Shown: positions 48,902 to 63,270 of the stretch, one piece after another
Numbering within the stretch: the stretch's first letter is position 1
Layout: the number at the start of each line of letters is the position of its first letter
Source: Callorhinchus milii
Lineage: Eukaryota
DNA: 64,000 bases
Direction of reading: 5' to 3'
NCBI RefSeq assembly: GCF_018977255.1
Contig: NW_024704743.1
Coordinates: 106,890,001-106,954,000, forward strand
Translations under genes and position numbers: made by a program
Notes under the pieces: generated by a model
Told to the model about the DNA's origin: nothing
Database searches by the model: none
What the model saw: the letters and a program-made list of their open reading frames with translations, nothing else

Positions 48902-51115
48902 GTGAGTGCAGTATTATTCTGGCAGCACCTTTTTAAACTCTATTACTGTGTTCCGACTAAGGCTATTTGTATTGCCTGACAAGCAGATTGTCTAAGATCA
49001 ACGCACCTCACAGCATTGGGTATTGTAACAATTTTCTTGTGTGATTTCCCCAGAATGTCCACATACTTAAGTAAGACATGCACACATACATGGCATTGCC
49101 ATTTGTTAATGTGACAACTTAATTCACCTTGAAACGTATACAATATTTTATAAGAGATCATTGTAAGCATCTTGTAATTAGCAGTAACATGATTTCAAAT
49201 ACTGTAATTTTTTGTGCAGGGGGATGGGGGAGAAGTTACTGCAGTGCGAGATGTCCCAAAACATTTAATTTGCAGACTTCTGAAGTATTTATCATTCTGG
49301 ATGTCTCCAGGAATAAACACTGCTGGTGATCCCATGGCACAAATCGAAAAGAGAAGTGAATTTCTCCTGATGCCTTGGTTAACAATCCCTCAAATAAAAA
49401 TGATATTTTGTGATTAGTAAATCATGGAAGTGTAGTGAGATCAATTCACAACCGTAAACTGGTCCAGGTCCCCGAACCGATTTTCTTTTGATGTTACAAC
49501 GCGTGAGGTACGTTATTGGTTTGGACACTCTTAAGCATGATGATGGGTTTCAGCATGTGTCAGACACCGGCTGACTTCCAAAAAATTCTTTCTCACTTCC
49601 TGTTTTCAACTGACAAGCCTACAGTTTGCTGTGTTATTGGACTGTTTGTATCAGTTCTTTGTTCTCTTATTATAAACAGTAAAAATGCCCTTCTAGCTCA
49701 TGTTGCATGCCTTCATGCACTCAATATTTGCCAATAAACATCCATAAAAAATCCATGTGTCCCAGACTTTAAAGGAATGATACTCTGATCACCTGTGAAT
49801 TTACTAACCTTGACGATGTAAGCTTGTAATTGAATTTTTGTCATTCACCTCATCAACAACAAAATACATTTGTGTAGCGCCTTTCACGTCGAGAGGACGT
49901 CCCAAGGCACTGGATGCCACATCAATTACGTTTCTTGTGCTCTTAGCCTGAAGATCATTGTCTTAAGTTACAAGATTGTGCAGAATTTTGGAAAATTCTT
50001 AAATTCAATCTGCAGTTGATTTTTTGTCACTCTTCAGAAGAACAAAATGGGTCTTAAGACCATGAAAAGTTTGGGGCCTCAGGTTTCCTGTAATCACAGA
50101 TACCTAAGAATATGTGAATTATAACTTGACAATAATATAATTAGTGTTAAGTGCCTTAGTGGCTAATGCAAAGTAATGGTTTAAGATCTATTAATGCAAT
50201 CCATTACTTGGTCCTGTTAACCATTTTGAAGAAGTCTCGTCAGCTGGTAGATCGTCCCTGTATTGTACAAAACGGTAGGGGAAAAGGCGGGTGATTCCTG
50301 GAGTGGCTTCCTCAAGCATAGTAAAATCTGAAGCTACTTCATTGTCCAAATAGAGTGAATACTTTGGCAAAACCTTGATTGGCCCAACCCCACCCCTCCT
50401 CAGCTTGAGCTCCTTCCTTTTGATATAGTGCTTTCACCCTCAAAGTGCTTCGCAGGATATACTATAAAATATAATGACTGTGTATATAGCTGAAAAATTT
50501 ACTGTATAAATTTATAGACCAGCATTGTGTGAAGACGTATTCTGAAAGGCACAGTATAAATGTAATTTGTTGTTGTGTCCTATCTATAACTTATGTCAGG
50601 CTTTCCAATATGGACCCGAAGTGTCCAGCTTTTGTATCCTCCCTCCGATCACTTGCTTTCCATATGATGGCAGCCAGCTGCTGTGGCACTTGAACTGTTT
50701 GGAGATGTGCCAGATGTTGTACATTTGACCACAGCAGCTTCTTGGAGGGTGATAACAATTGCCGTCATGTCAGAGTAGCAGATTATAAAGTTAGAATAAA
50801 CTTGCTTTATTACCATGAAATACTGGTGCTTTAACACCCCTCCACCTCTCCACCCATTGGTAACGCAAGTACCCTCCTTTGTTTGAAAGACGACCCATTT
50901 TTTGCATTGTTTTTTTTCCTCCTTCCACTAAAAAAACAAACTAAGAGTAAAATGTACTGCAGATGTTTCCTATGAAAAGCAAACATTTACCTTGAGGAAA
51001 ATTCTCTCATTTGCAGAGAACAAACAAAAAAAGGCACAATTTTTATAAATTGCAGGGGTCACTAACTGTGGTGCTGCAAATGTGATGCGGAGTAATCTTA
51101 CAACAAATGCAGTCA

Positions 51116-51129
51116 GTTGCCATGGAAAC
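51116..51129. promoter_or_regulatory. RFX X-box motif GTTGCCATGGAAAC
   Basis: Full match to palindromic consensus GTTNCCATGGNAAC in non-repetitive sequence. Confidence 0.55.
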
Positions 51130-51329
51130 ACTCCACTGATTTTTGTCAAAAAAAAGCCTTTGGGGTTGATTCACTATATTAACCCTGTGCCTGCACAGTC
51201 CAGTTTCATTTAGAACTAACTTCACATTTTCTGCATCCATGACTCATTGGGGTTACAGATATATTTTTTTAAAAAAAGTGATTTAATGCCATGGCTTAAA
51301 GCAAACTACAAGCTTCAGTAACAAAAACA

Positions 51330-51395
51330 GAAGTCGCTTTTGTTTCTGTTTTTGTTTCAGATTTCCAGCATCTGCAGTATTTTCTGTTTTGTTTT
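51330..51395 (-). mobile_element. Penelope-like terminal repeat fragment (chondrichthyan type)
   Basis: Minus strand acagaaaatactgcagatgctggaaatctgaaacaaaaacagaa; related to 63850-63970. Family assignment from recall. Confidence 0.5.
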
Positions 51396-52009
51396 GGGCA
51401 TGCTTCAGTTTTGAGTTTGGCAGGTCAGCAAAGGCTTTTTAGCTACAAAGTTTTTTAAAAAAAACAGTTTCAGAGTGGACGTTTTCCTGCATGTCTGGTG
51501 GTGCCGGTTAACTGCTGTGGTAAGATAGCAGCTTATTGTTACTGTATATCATTGGTGGTCAGCAAACCAAATACATTTTCTCGATTGATTATTTCTCGAT
51601 TTGTGTCATAAATCAAGAAACATTCAATCAAGAAAAAGCTGAAAGTGCACTGCCGGACAAGCACGGACTTGAGCGTTCTGGGATGCTGCCCCACATGAAG
51701 AGCGCGATATAAATGCAAGTTGTTGTTGTTGGACTTACCTAGACTTGTGCGAATGTTCAGGGGGCTCTTTCTTGACGGCCATGTGTGCCACTTCCTGCCA
51801 CTAGATTGGCCACCACCGTATACCATCAGGAGCTGAGAGTTCTCTGGCTGCATCTGATTTATTTTGTTCTGAACTAAATGCAGGATGTCCATTAACGCAC
51901 TGTGAAAAACGCACATTTTAGAATCGTACAAATTTCAGCACAGAAGGAGACCATTCAGCCCATTTCACCTGTACAGGTGCAAGCTCCCTACTAGAATCAT
52001 CTACTTGAA

Positions 52010-52425
52010 TTTCAATTAATTCAGAACTCTGCCGTCTGTATACTCGCCCGCTATAAACTCTGCACCCCCATCACACCAGTCCCCGCCAGCTCCATTGGCT
52101 CCATATACAATACAGCATTACATTTGTAAAGCGCCTTTCACGTCACATATCGTTCCCATATCACAGAACAGACCGATTTCAAGATCCCCACGCTTCTCTT
52201 CAAATCCCTTCACTCCCAGGCAATTCCCTACCTTTCCGACCTATTTTCTCCCCACTCCACCACCCGCCGCCTCTGCTTGTCCCTTGTCCCCTCTGCTGCA
52301 CCATTAACGGCCGTGCTTTCAGCCACGATGCCCCTAAATCTTTGGAACTCCCTCCGTCACTCCCTCCACCTTGCCCCCTCCTTTCCCTTTTTCAGGTCTC
52401 ACCTGAAGACTTTCCTCTTTGACAA
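52010..52425 (+). mobile_element. Degenerate L2 3' fragment with an inverted tail piece inside (~52105-52170)
   Basis: cagaactctgccgtc...ctccattggctc; tttcaagatccc; tggaactccctccgtcactccctcc...ctgaagactttcctctttgac. Confidence 0.8.
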
Positions 52426-55358
52426 TTTTTTTTTATTTGGAGGATTTTTGACCAGGACACCATGAGAAGCTCCCTTTTCTTTTCCAATAATGCGATGGGG
52501 TTGTTAATGTTCACCTGAACAGGCAGGTGGGATTTCAGTTTAATGTCTTCTCTGAAAGATGACGCCTCCGACAGTTCATTCATCAGTCATGAGACTTTTC
52601 CATTTCAATTTGCATGTACATAATTGAACAGAGGTCTAAATTTCTCAGGGTTTTTGCTTTAAAACTATTGTTCTAACATTTAAGATAATGCAGAATTTTT
52701 CGAAAATTCCTAAATTAGGTCTTCATTTGGAGCCTATTTTTCATGGTTTGGAAAAGGAGCTTTCTGGTTAATATTGAATTGAACAATTTTTAAAAGTTTA
52801 AGATAATGGTTTTAAAGGTGAGACCCTGAGGATTGTCAGCAATGGATATGGTCATGATGTTTATTTGGGGAATACGCTTATTAAATTCCATTTCAAAACT
52901 GCACTTTCCCATGTAACACGATGCAATAAATATTTTATCATCAATCAGTGTTTATCATCAATCTGTTTGCACTTTTCCCACCATTCCCCACCTCACCCCC
53001 GGTTCGTCAAGCACTTTGAGACGTCCTCCGACATAAAAGGTGCTATATGAATGCAAATTGTATTGTAAAACCATGTTGGCTGGAATCACAAGCAGCGTCT
53101 TCCCATTTGCAGGAGGCAGACTATCCTCTGTTTCCTGCAAACATAAGAGCAGGATGCCTCCACCCACCCACCCACCCACCATTACTGTTCTGCTATACTA
53201 GACAAGTGCAAATAACAGTAAAATAGCTATAAAGAGAAAACCTGACAGATTATGATATGAACCTTTCAAGGATTGAACTTTACTGTTGCATTGCAAACAG
53301 CATCAATCTTCGCATTACAATGTCTGCCTAAACCATTCCACTTACAACCCGATGGAATTTTTGCGAATAATTATTCAACAAGAAGATTGTAAGTGAAATG
53401 AAAGCACAATAATTTGCAGGCATTCGGGGACACTTTTGCAAGGACCCAGAATGTAATGCCATTGTAACACTGATCGGTTGACCAGAGTGCGTGGGGGTTG
53501 GAAGGGGAGAGGTGGGTGGCTGAAAGTATTTTAAGTACTGAAATATGTATTGTGTCGTGGGAGAGTTCTGTTTTCAAATGGTAATTAATTTACTGGCAAT
53601 AAAACAATGAAAATCACTTACCCTTGTAAAGGCAAACATTGAGGTTTTTTTTAGTCAGCCGGTTGTGGAAACCCAGGCCATCACCCTGATTAAGAGTATC
53701 CAAACCAACAGAGTTCCATGCATCCCATCTATACGTGGAAATTCCAGAGATATTTATTGGAATGGAATGCGAACTCTCTCCCTGGATGGATCCTGCTTAC
53801 CTAATTCCAGAGAGTTATTAGGTGCAGGTTGGTAAAAGCCAAAGTTTGGAGTCGCCAGAGTGTTTGTTAGGGTACTGTTGCAGTTTAATCAAATAAAAAT
53901 GCGTAGCTCGCCATTGAAAGCACTGTCTAGCAAGCTTTCTCGTTGCTTGTCCAGCTAGGATCATCTGACCCATTAGTGTCTTTAGGTTAATAAGAGCTGA
54001 GTGGGATGACACCCTGCCCCTGGTGACTTGTCTGCCCTTCCAGGTCCTGCTGATGAACCAGGCTGATCTGCCTGGCTCAGCAACAGAACTGCCACACAGG
54101 ATTGGCTTGATTTTGACTCTCTGCAAACATGCCAATTCAGCTCCAAGGAGATCCCGCTTACTACACGCCCCCACCGCCCCAATAAAGCAGGATAGTGACA
54201 TTGAGTGTAGTGAGGGGGTCGTATTATCCAATTATCCACCACTGCTGCACTCACAGTGGAAGCGTGCACTTTACTACGTTCCCCTTCCCCACCCACAAAA
54301 AATCGGGCAAACAGGTCAATAACTGTTGACATCAACTGCTTTGTTAAGCTGGGGACAGAATAAACGCAAGCATTTGTCCTTATTAGGTCTGCAGTATTGA
54401 TGCTTGAGGTAAAGGTCAGTAAGAACCATGTCCAGATGGTGGACTCCAATGGTGAATCAGACAAGTAAACCAATAAAGGTCGATTTGTTCTGTCCATGTT
54501 CCTCCAATCCCCGTGCTCTTTTCAGCACATTGGGACATTCTCCCAACATAAAAGGTGCTTTGCAAATGTAATTTTGTATTGTATGTGGTTCTTGTTCCTT
54601 GTAAGTAACTTCTGCAGGAAGGAAAACATTAGAGTGCTGCAGACCCCTGCAGAGAAGTTTATAGAGCCAGTAAATAGCATAGAAATCACTGTACTTTCAT
54701 GGAACAGCAGGAGAGCTAATATTTTCTATATCTGAATTTACATACAAATGAAGCATCTGTTCTATTATATTTTATATTTATTTTTAATATTTTTATATAT
54801 ACAGTATATGTAGTACAAATGGTAGAACGTTTCAATTCTGCTAGAATTTGCCTGCTTTGCCAATAAATAATTTCATCCGTTTTCTTCTCTGATTTTTATA
54901 AAGAAGAATTCTCTCCTTTAGGCCCCAGCAACATGGATCATTCCCTAGTTGGCAGCTTGGCAGCTGACTCCTGCTGTAGCCAATTGTTAAACTGTATACA
55001 TGAGTGTTCTGAATTAGCTCCCAGCTTGTTTCAATTCCCTGTATGCAGGATAGTAAAGGGCTTCCACTCTGCACCTACCTGAGGGAGTCGAAAGAGGAAT
55101 GAAAGATGCCTGAAGGGTATAGTACTGCAGAGCAAACACTGAGGCTAAAATAAGTTCAACAAAACTTCAGAATTTCTGGATTTTTAATACACATCGTCAG
55201 TTTAAATATAGTGCAGGCCCATTATAACACACTTCACTATAGTGTGATTTTTGCTTATAATAGGGTGCACTGTTCATTGCGCCTTGCTGTTCATGTGCAA
55301 AGCAGAAAGTGCTTTCACACATTTTTTTAAAAAAGACATCTTCCCATCCATTTGCACG

Positions 55359-55371
55359 GTAAACAGGAAGT
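55359..55371 (+). promoter_or_regulatory. Forkhead-ETS composite motif GTAAACAGGAAGT
   Basis: Overlapping FOX (GTAAACA) and ETS (CAGGAAGT) consensus sites in unique sequence. Confidence 0.5.
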
Positions 55372-56134
55372 GATGTTTCGATGATCCTCTGCCTTGGAAG
55401 TAATTTTTTTTTCTTTCAAAATAGAATCGGAATGGCACCGGCTGTTCTCAGTCTAACCCGCTATCGTGCGTCACTTAAGTGCTCCGAGAAGCTGCCCCAC
55501 GTAAAGGGCGCTATATAATAATAATAATCCTTGCATTTGATATAGCGTATTATCACGTCTTCAAAACGTTCTCAAAGCGCTTCACAGAATATACTGAAAA
55601 GTGAATTGACTTTTGCTTGTGGACAAAATTTATAAATACAAGTTGTTGTATAATGCGGGTTGGATTTTATGGATCCCCACTAATGAGGCGGCACTAATAA
55701 GCTGGGAAGTTTTGACTGCAAACCTTTACGCAGCTGGGATGTCCTTTGTTAAGCTCTCAGATACAAGCCGTGGCTGAAATGCTCAGCATGCCTCAAGTAA
55801 TACTCAGAAATGTCAACTCACTTTGAGTTAAAACAATTTGGTCTAAGATGTGACAAATAAACATATCAGCCCTGGGAATGACACCATATTATAAAGCAAT
55901 AACAGCTGCAAAGAACAGCAAATCCCCAAATGTCATTGTGCAGGCAGTCTGGTACACATTTACAAAGAATGTGAACAACATAGAATTAGCCTTCCTTTGA
56001 ATGGCCTGAATGGAATAATTTGCTCAATATGAAACCAGTTTGTTCAGTCTAAGTACAGTTGATGATCCAGACGTTTTTGTAAATTATTTAAATATGCGTG
56101 TTACAACTCTTATGAATGAATGTGAGGGTGGATA

Positions 56135-56497
56135 AGCTGTCAGCTTGGTAGCACTCTCTCCTCTGCTTCAGAAGATCGTAGGTTCAGGCCCAACATTCAT
56201 TGAACGCATAAGCTAGGATGACAGTCGAGTGCACTGCCAGATCACCATCCCAATAAGGCAAATCGGATGCTGCCCTTTATGTAGCTTAGTGGTTAGAGAG
56301 CATTCGCCTCACAAGTGAGAGGACTTGGGTTCGATTCACGGGCGAAACGTTAGGCAACTTTCCTAACTCCACACGGAGTATACAGTTAATTCCCAAAAAT
56401 ATACAGTCAATTCACTTTACGGAATATTCTGTAAAGCGCTTTGAGACGTCTCGAAGACATGATAAGGTGCTATATCAAATGCAAGGATTATTATTAC
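56135..56497 (+). mobile_element. Old SINE head followed by an internally deleted young-type SINE (56275-56497)
   Basis: gtcagcttggtagcactctctcctctg...; then gtagcttagtggttagagagcattcgcctcacaagtgagaggacttgggttcgattc...gcaaggattattatt. Confidence 0.85.
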
Positions 56498-56600
56498 CTG
56501 GAAGTCTGGAATATAACAGTAAGCTCCATTTATATGGAGCACTGGTCAGAACTTATTTTCACTACTGTGTTCAGTTTTGGGAGCCTAAACTTCACTAGAT

Positions 56601-56925
56601 TAACAACAACAAATGACATTTGTATAGTGACTTTCATGTCAGGAGGATGTCCCAAGGTACTGAACAGTCAGGGATTTGGTCCCGAGCATGGGGTTGGGAT
56701 CAGGAGGGTAGGGGTAGAACGATGGCTGAAGGCACCGTCGGAGAGGAGAGTCTTGAGACATGCCTTGAAGGAAGTAAGGGAGGGAGCGATGCAAAGAGAC
56801 TGTGGAATGGAGTTCCAAAGGGTGGGAGCAGAGAGACTGAAGGACTGACTGCCAATGGTGGAGCGGGCCAGGCGAGGGATGAGGAGCAGGCCGGAGCCTG
56901 CTGAGTGGAGTGAGCAGACAGGTTG
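56601..56925 (-). mobile_element. L2 3' end
   Basis: aacaacaacaaatgacatttgtatag...aggaggatgtcccaagg...gagcaggccggagcctgctgag. Confidence 0.88.
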
Positions 56926-59900
56926 ATTTGGTTAATAACTAGACTGAAATGTATACATTCCTCAGAGAACTGGAGGGTGATTTAATTGAAGTATTTAAAA
57001 TAAACAAAGGAATTGACAGGCTAGATAGTGGACGTGTCTTCCCATCTGGTAGAGCAATTAATTAATATTTGTGGGCGAAATGCAGCAGCCAATTGCACAC
57101 AGCAGTATCCCACAAACAGTCGTGGATTGAGTGACCAAATTATTATTGTTTTTTTTATTCCTAGAGATGCTTCCTTTGGATTAGATGATGAACTGAGGTC
57201 CAGTCTCCTTATCCTTGGGTGAACGTTAAATATTCTTATAGCATTATTACAGTTTAGAAAAACACAACTGGTACAAAGAGAAAATGCTATTTGTAAATGT
57301 TACCTCAACTATGAGAACATTCATCCTTGTCAAAATCAGCGTACTTATTTTTTATTTAAAATTCACAAACTGTGATACTTTCACAAATTCACAAACTACA
57401 AAGTGAATTTTAATAACAAGTTTACATCTGCTGTATCTTTCTCTCTCTCCCAAATATAAAAGGGTATGGGGAAAGGGACTAAATGGCTGTAGGATCAAAA
57501 GACTGATCATAATCCTTGCATTTAACATAGTCAACAAGAGGTCTCAAAGCGTTTGACAGAATACACTGTAAAATGGTTTGACTGTGTATTTTGTGCGCGA
57601 AACATCAAACCGTCCAATAACTACATCTTTCTGAGTTTTCCCTTGTGATACCTGGAGCAGGTCCATGCGCATATTTTTATCTGATGAAGTGAATGATTAG
57701 AGAGGTCTTGGAGTGGAAATAACTTCAATGTATTTTGGAGGCCAAATGACCATCACTACTCTTGAAAAGTGCTTCACTGGTTTTACTGTAAAGTCAATTA
57801 TTGTTAAGTAACTGTGTTTTAAGGCCATTATCGTAGGCGAATTGGCTCACAGCAAGGTGAAGTGGTGACCAATTTTAACTGAAGGATTTTTAGCCAAGAC
57901 ACTGAGAGAAACTGACATTTATGATTCTATATCTAAATTTATTAATTCATATGCAGTGTAAAGTGATGTTGATGGGTCAATCTTGCCCCAGATTACCGCA
58001 AACTTTGAGTTTATTACTTCTCTGTTCTAATGGTAAATAAAGAAATGTATCCAGCTGTTGTCTCAGATGTTAGATGGCTTTGATTCCCAACTGGAGACTA
58101 AATAAGCTGAGTCTCTGGGGTGCCCGTCACTAGACTCCTTTGCCACCGTTGAGTGAGTTGCAGAGATTGCACGCCATTGGAAAGAGTGCGGAGCAAATGT
58201 GTCATGCTCCAGTTTAGAAGAAGTCTGAATCCTAGGACAGGTTGAATTTCAGAAAGCATGGTGGGTTACACAGCCACATTGAGGGTAACCTTTGAGAAAT
58301 CCACTGCTCGGAATATCCCAGCCTCCCACATAGTGAAAAATAGCTCATAATATTAATGATAATCCTTGCATTTGATACAGCTTCTTGCACTTAAGGAGGA
58401 TATATGAACATGCCTCTCGGGACTTACTATAAAGTGTAGTGACTGTGTATTTTGTATGCAAATGCACCAGCTAACTTGTCCCTCAAAAACCCATGAAGTG
58501 GTGGATTACTAATTTAAGGAAGGAAAAGAGTTAAAAGGATTGAGCAGTGATTTTGAGTCTAAATAAATTTGGATATAAAACATTGAATTCTTACCTGATG
58601 TCCGAAGAGCTAAATGATTACTGATCGTGCTGAAAATAGTACTCCACCATTGTTAAGCGCTCTGGGATGCTGCCCAGCATGGAGGGCGCTAGTTGTTGTT
58701 GTTGAAAAAGGATGATTCTTTATTTAAGCAATCCTGAAGTAAGTTTGTTTATACCCTTGGACACAATCTACTTTTGGAACAGTTCACGCAAGCTGTTGTG
58801 CCATATATCTATACATCTGGTTAACAGCAGAAATCTCCATTCGCATTCCTTCATTAAGGAAAGGCATTCGAAATGGTCATGTTTTAGACCCCTGATTTCC
58901 TCTTTAGTTTTTGTTGATATGCCTCTGAATTTTCAATAAATGTGGAAGCTTCTGTTTTTTAGTACAAAATGAATTTGATAATCTCATTGGTGACTAATTA
59001 AAAGTTGGATCTATTTCAATTTCAAAGGTAGCTTGTTTTGGATTTCTTGATTTCATATTTGCGTTTCACCTTATTAGCAGGCTTTCTGCATGTTTCGTGC
59101 CAAAATATTATATTGGAAGATGTCGATATTAGAAAGACCTAGAAAGAAACAGTCAGAGTACAACAGTGAGGTAATAGAAGGAATACCTACCTTTAGGCTC
59201 CAAATCTGATCTGCTTCATTTCACACATGTAAAACATTACTAATTGCTAAACATGACCTTTCAAATATTCTATAATTATACAGTAGATAGTGGATGTGTC
59301 CTTTAGTAATGTGTGACCTTTATAACCACCCCAGGGGACATTTGTGCTTATATGTATTGAACTAAGGATTGTGTATATAATTCTCAAGCCTCCCCAGCCA
59401 ATGTTATCCTTTGCTGGGGACTGACAAATGTAGTGAATGTGGAATATGGATTTTTTTTCCTTTGGCTCACAGATCTCAGTCTTAAAGCAAAAAATACCAA
59501 TTATCTGCATTTGTTATTCAGAAAAGTTGAAAACCTCTTCCACAGTCATAAGCCTTCTGCGAACCTACTTCAATAAGAACCTCGATTGTGGCCCAGTACA
59601 AGAGAAGCTGTATTTAAATTGAGTTTTGTGAGTAGCTCAATAAAAACAAGAACAAGTTCACACTTTACTTGAACATACTAATGCCACCTTACAAAGAACA
59701 AGCGTAAGCTTGCCAACAAGAGTCTTTTCATGAAGTATTCCCACTAGAATCTAGCTCTGAATGAAGGGATTGTACACTGCTTTATTCTGTATTTGTGTTG
59801 GATAGAGAGTTTTTTCACAATGTTGTGGATGTGAGGTTGGATTCAGAGCAATTCACAGGTCAACCCAGTCAAATTACGTCATTGAGTTTTGTTTTTAATT

Positions 59901-60319
59901 CAGCTGCACTATCCAACATAATGTTATTCTTAAATGGAAGTGAAGAACAACTTGAAATGTGTTGCAAAACAGATAACAACAAACAAACATTTCTTTCACA
60001 TCAGGAGGATGTTCCAAGAGGCCAAAACGTAGGATTAATGATTGTTCACTTTTGTTTACTGTATTATTTTGTTACTTCATTTTTGGGTTGCTTGGCATCC
60101 AAGTCGATCCAGATTTAAGTCTTCCCTCGATAAAGACATCACTGATTTATCCTATCTTATTCACATTAGGTCTTATTATTCTTACCCATGTTTCTCTATT
60201 GCTTGCTTGAAGTTGTGGGTTAATAGGAGGACACACAGCCACAGGCATTAAACCCAAGTGATTGGTGAGTGTTTCCAGGCTGCTTCCCTTGATTTTAATA
60301 GGACTGGCCAATCTGGGAT

Positions 60320-60795
60320 CAATTCTTATGCATTCCAGATATAGCACCTTATCATTCCATTGAGACGTCTCACAGTACTTCACAGCATTTTACTGTGAAG
60401 TGTGAGTGTTGTTTTGCAGGTAAACTAGGTACTTCGAAATGTTCCACAAACAGCCATAAAGCAAGTGACCAAATTATTTGGGGGAGATTGTTGGTCAAGA
60501 CATTGGAGAAACTTGCTTTGTTTTTCTAATAGTAACATGCAATCATTAACATCCACAAACCTGGACATGCAGCAGAACCTCAGTTTAAAAGAGAAGGAAG
60601 TTTCTCCCAGTCTCTTGGCCAACAATCTCCCAGATAAAATTATTCACTTCATGACTCACCCCAGTGATATTGTTGTGTTCAAATCGGCTACTGTGTACAC
60701 CCAGTCACAACACTCCACAGTAAAATCATGTGAAGCAATTTGCGATGATCTTTCAATGTGAAGACACTATATCAAAAGCAAGGATTGTTATATTA
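60320..60795. mobile_element. Two 5'-truncated SINEs in inverted, tails-outward orientation
   Basis: 60320-60585 is a minus copy and 60586-60795 a plus copy; gggagattgttggtcaagacattggagaaactt pairs with aagtttctcccagtctcttggccaacaatctccc. Confidence 0.8.
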
Positions 60796-62944
60796 TTGTT
60801 GTTATTTCCCATAATCTTAAATTTTAATTCTTGGTGGCTATCACCTTGAGAAATTACAACCCTTTGGAATATGAAAGAATTGATCCAAGACTGGCCAGTA
60901 TAAATTGGATGAGACTTCACAGCTCACAGTGCTGCTAATGTCTACTGAGATGTGGTGGATGCTGTGGACAGTAAGGCTCGTGGATCTGCTGCATCCTACT
61001 TGACAAACTATTCCCATAAACCGCAGTAAGCACAGTAGAAAACTCCTGACACATTGATAGATTATATCATGAATTCATGGTCGGGGAACTAAGCACAGCT
61101 AATAAACCCAAAAAGATGTAGCAGTCACAAAGATATGGATTGCAAATGCATTTGTGGAAAAAGATCTTTGACCCTCTCATTTTCCTCTCATTCTTTCGGA
61201 TTACCCACCACACTGCCCAGTATTATGCCATATACTGGCCTTGGCCACATTTCCCTGTGACCCATTTCCAACTGCTGTTTATCCTCTGGGTAAAAGAATG
61301 CTTCCTGGTTTCTGTCCTCAACACGGATGCCAATGCTCACTGTTGTGGAACACGTGGATACATTTCAGCTACTCTCGAGGGCGATTGAAGTTTGATCTCA
61401 GAAAGCAGTGGTGTTGGCAGGAAACCTGGGTATTGGTGTACTTGATATCAGGCTTTTTGTATCAAATTGATTTACGTTTCACAGGAGAACCCCGATTAAG
61501 AGCTGTCTTGCTTGTAGCGCAGGTCCCCCACGTACCTGCACTACCCACAAGCTCTATTTCCCCTTCACATTCCCCTTCCAGTGCAGAGAAAAGGCAGACT
61601 TCCAGGTCATCAAGTCACTGCTGATATCGCTTCCAGTGCAATGTTCTGATAGCACTGCTCGTGTCACTTCCTGCACACGACATCTGTGCCCTGTGTACAG
61701 AAAATGTCATAGCCATCACTTTGAGAGTAACATTTGCAGCACCCCACACGCAATGTACAGGATGCTCAGTATTTTCTCAATCGTGCATTTTCCACTGAAA
61801 TACTTTTCCCCATTGCCTTCAATTAATGAGAGGAAGAGAATTTTCTTTTCATGTGTCCTGGAGTGCTGACCTACCAACAGCCCAGATCTCTGATCACTCA
61901 CTGCTGAAAGAGGGAAAAAACTGAGTTGCATTCGAACCTTTCAGGTCAAACCTCTTAAGATCACAGACACTTTTTTAGGTAAATGCTGCAGCATAATAAT
62001 TACAGAGCTCCAGTCTTTAATATTAGCATTTGAAAGATTTCAAACCAGATGAAACACTTTTGCAACTGTACAATAAGCTCAACCTTGACATTTATTACAA
62101 TAATGTACGAGAAATAATATGACTGGCTGTGGATTTTGTATGAAAATAATACGAAACATCAAACATTTTTGAAGAGGCAGGATAGAGCTTTGTGAAAGGG
62201 GAGTGGATCGGTGCTGGAAATTAATACTTGTGAGCTCTGGTTTAATTCTAGAATTAGAGTTACAGTAGATCTAATTTCTGTATATAGCGCACTGATGTTA
62301 ATTTATTTAAGGCAGACTAATTTCACTAGTTTTAGGAAATGAAACTGATGTGCTTTTGCACTTAAATGGCTTCACACTTAAAAGCAGCAAAGGTCAATCT
62401 ATATGTTGCTTTTCTACACAGGGTGCTCTGCAGAAACTTCTAGCCTTCTCTTCCTCTCAGCTCCCTCCCCACCCACCCCACACCCTCCCAGACTAACAGG
62501 AAACCAACAATTGATAAGCAGTTAGGTTGGCTGGAGCCAAGCTGTTTAACATGCCAGCCAAACAAAAAAGGAATCTGTATTTATTGGAGCAAATGATGGA
62601 GTGGGATGGTTTGTACTAATTAGAAGAGTTGAAAGCATGTCCGACCTTAACTGCAGCACGTAAACACTCCCATAACAGCATGAGCCCCTTTGCCTGCCTT
62701 CCCGTGTGCCTTTTACACGATTAACATGAGGAAACTCCGACCCGCATGGATTGCATATTGTGTTCCACACTGAATGAAGAGGATTGAATAGGTTAAAAGA
62801 CTGAATGGGTTAGAGTACAGTTTTATATGCCTGTTGGAATAATAAGAAAGAACGAGAGAGGGAGAGAGAAAAAGCTTTCAAGATATTACTTGATTTATCG
62901 TAACTTGTGACTCAAAAATGTCATTTTGCAAATTTTTCCGTGCT

Positions 62945-63270
62945 GGATTTAGATCGACATCAAGCTCCACATCCTCACCTCTAGATCCCTTTACACCCTA
63001 GCACCTCCCTGTTTCTGTCATTTCCTACCCACTCCTCACCTCGCCCCTTCCGCTTGACTAACCTGGGATTACAGTGAACTTTTATCTATTACACCCCTAA
63101 CCCCTGTAACTTCCACCTTCTACCCCTCTGCCCCTCTCCATCAGTTTAAATACCACTCTAAAAACTTACATCTTCAACCGTGCTTTTGGTCACGTCTCCC
63201 TTCCTCCCTGCCAAACCCCCCCTTCACCGTTGCTTGGTATCTGACCCTGTCTTGTAAAGTGCCCTGAGAC
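62945..63270 (+). mobile_element. Old L2 3' fragment
   Basis: atcaagctccacatcctcacctctagatccctt...cttcaaccgtgcttttggtcac...gtaaagtgccctgagac. Confidence 0.7.
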
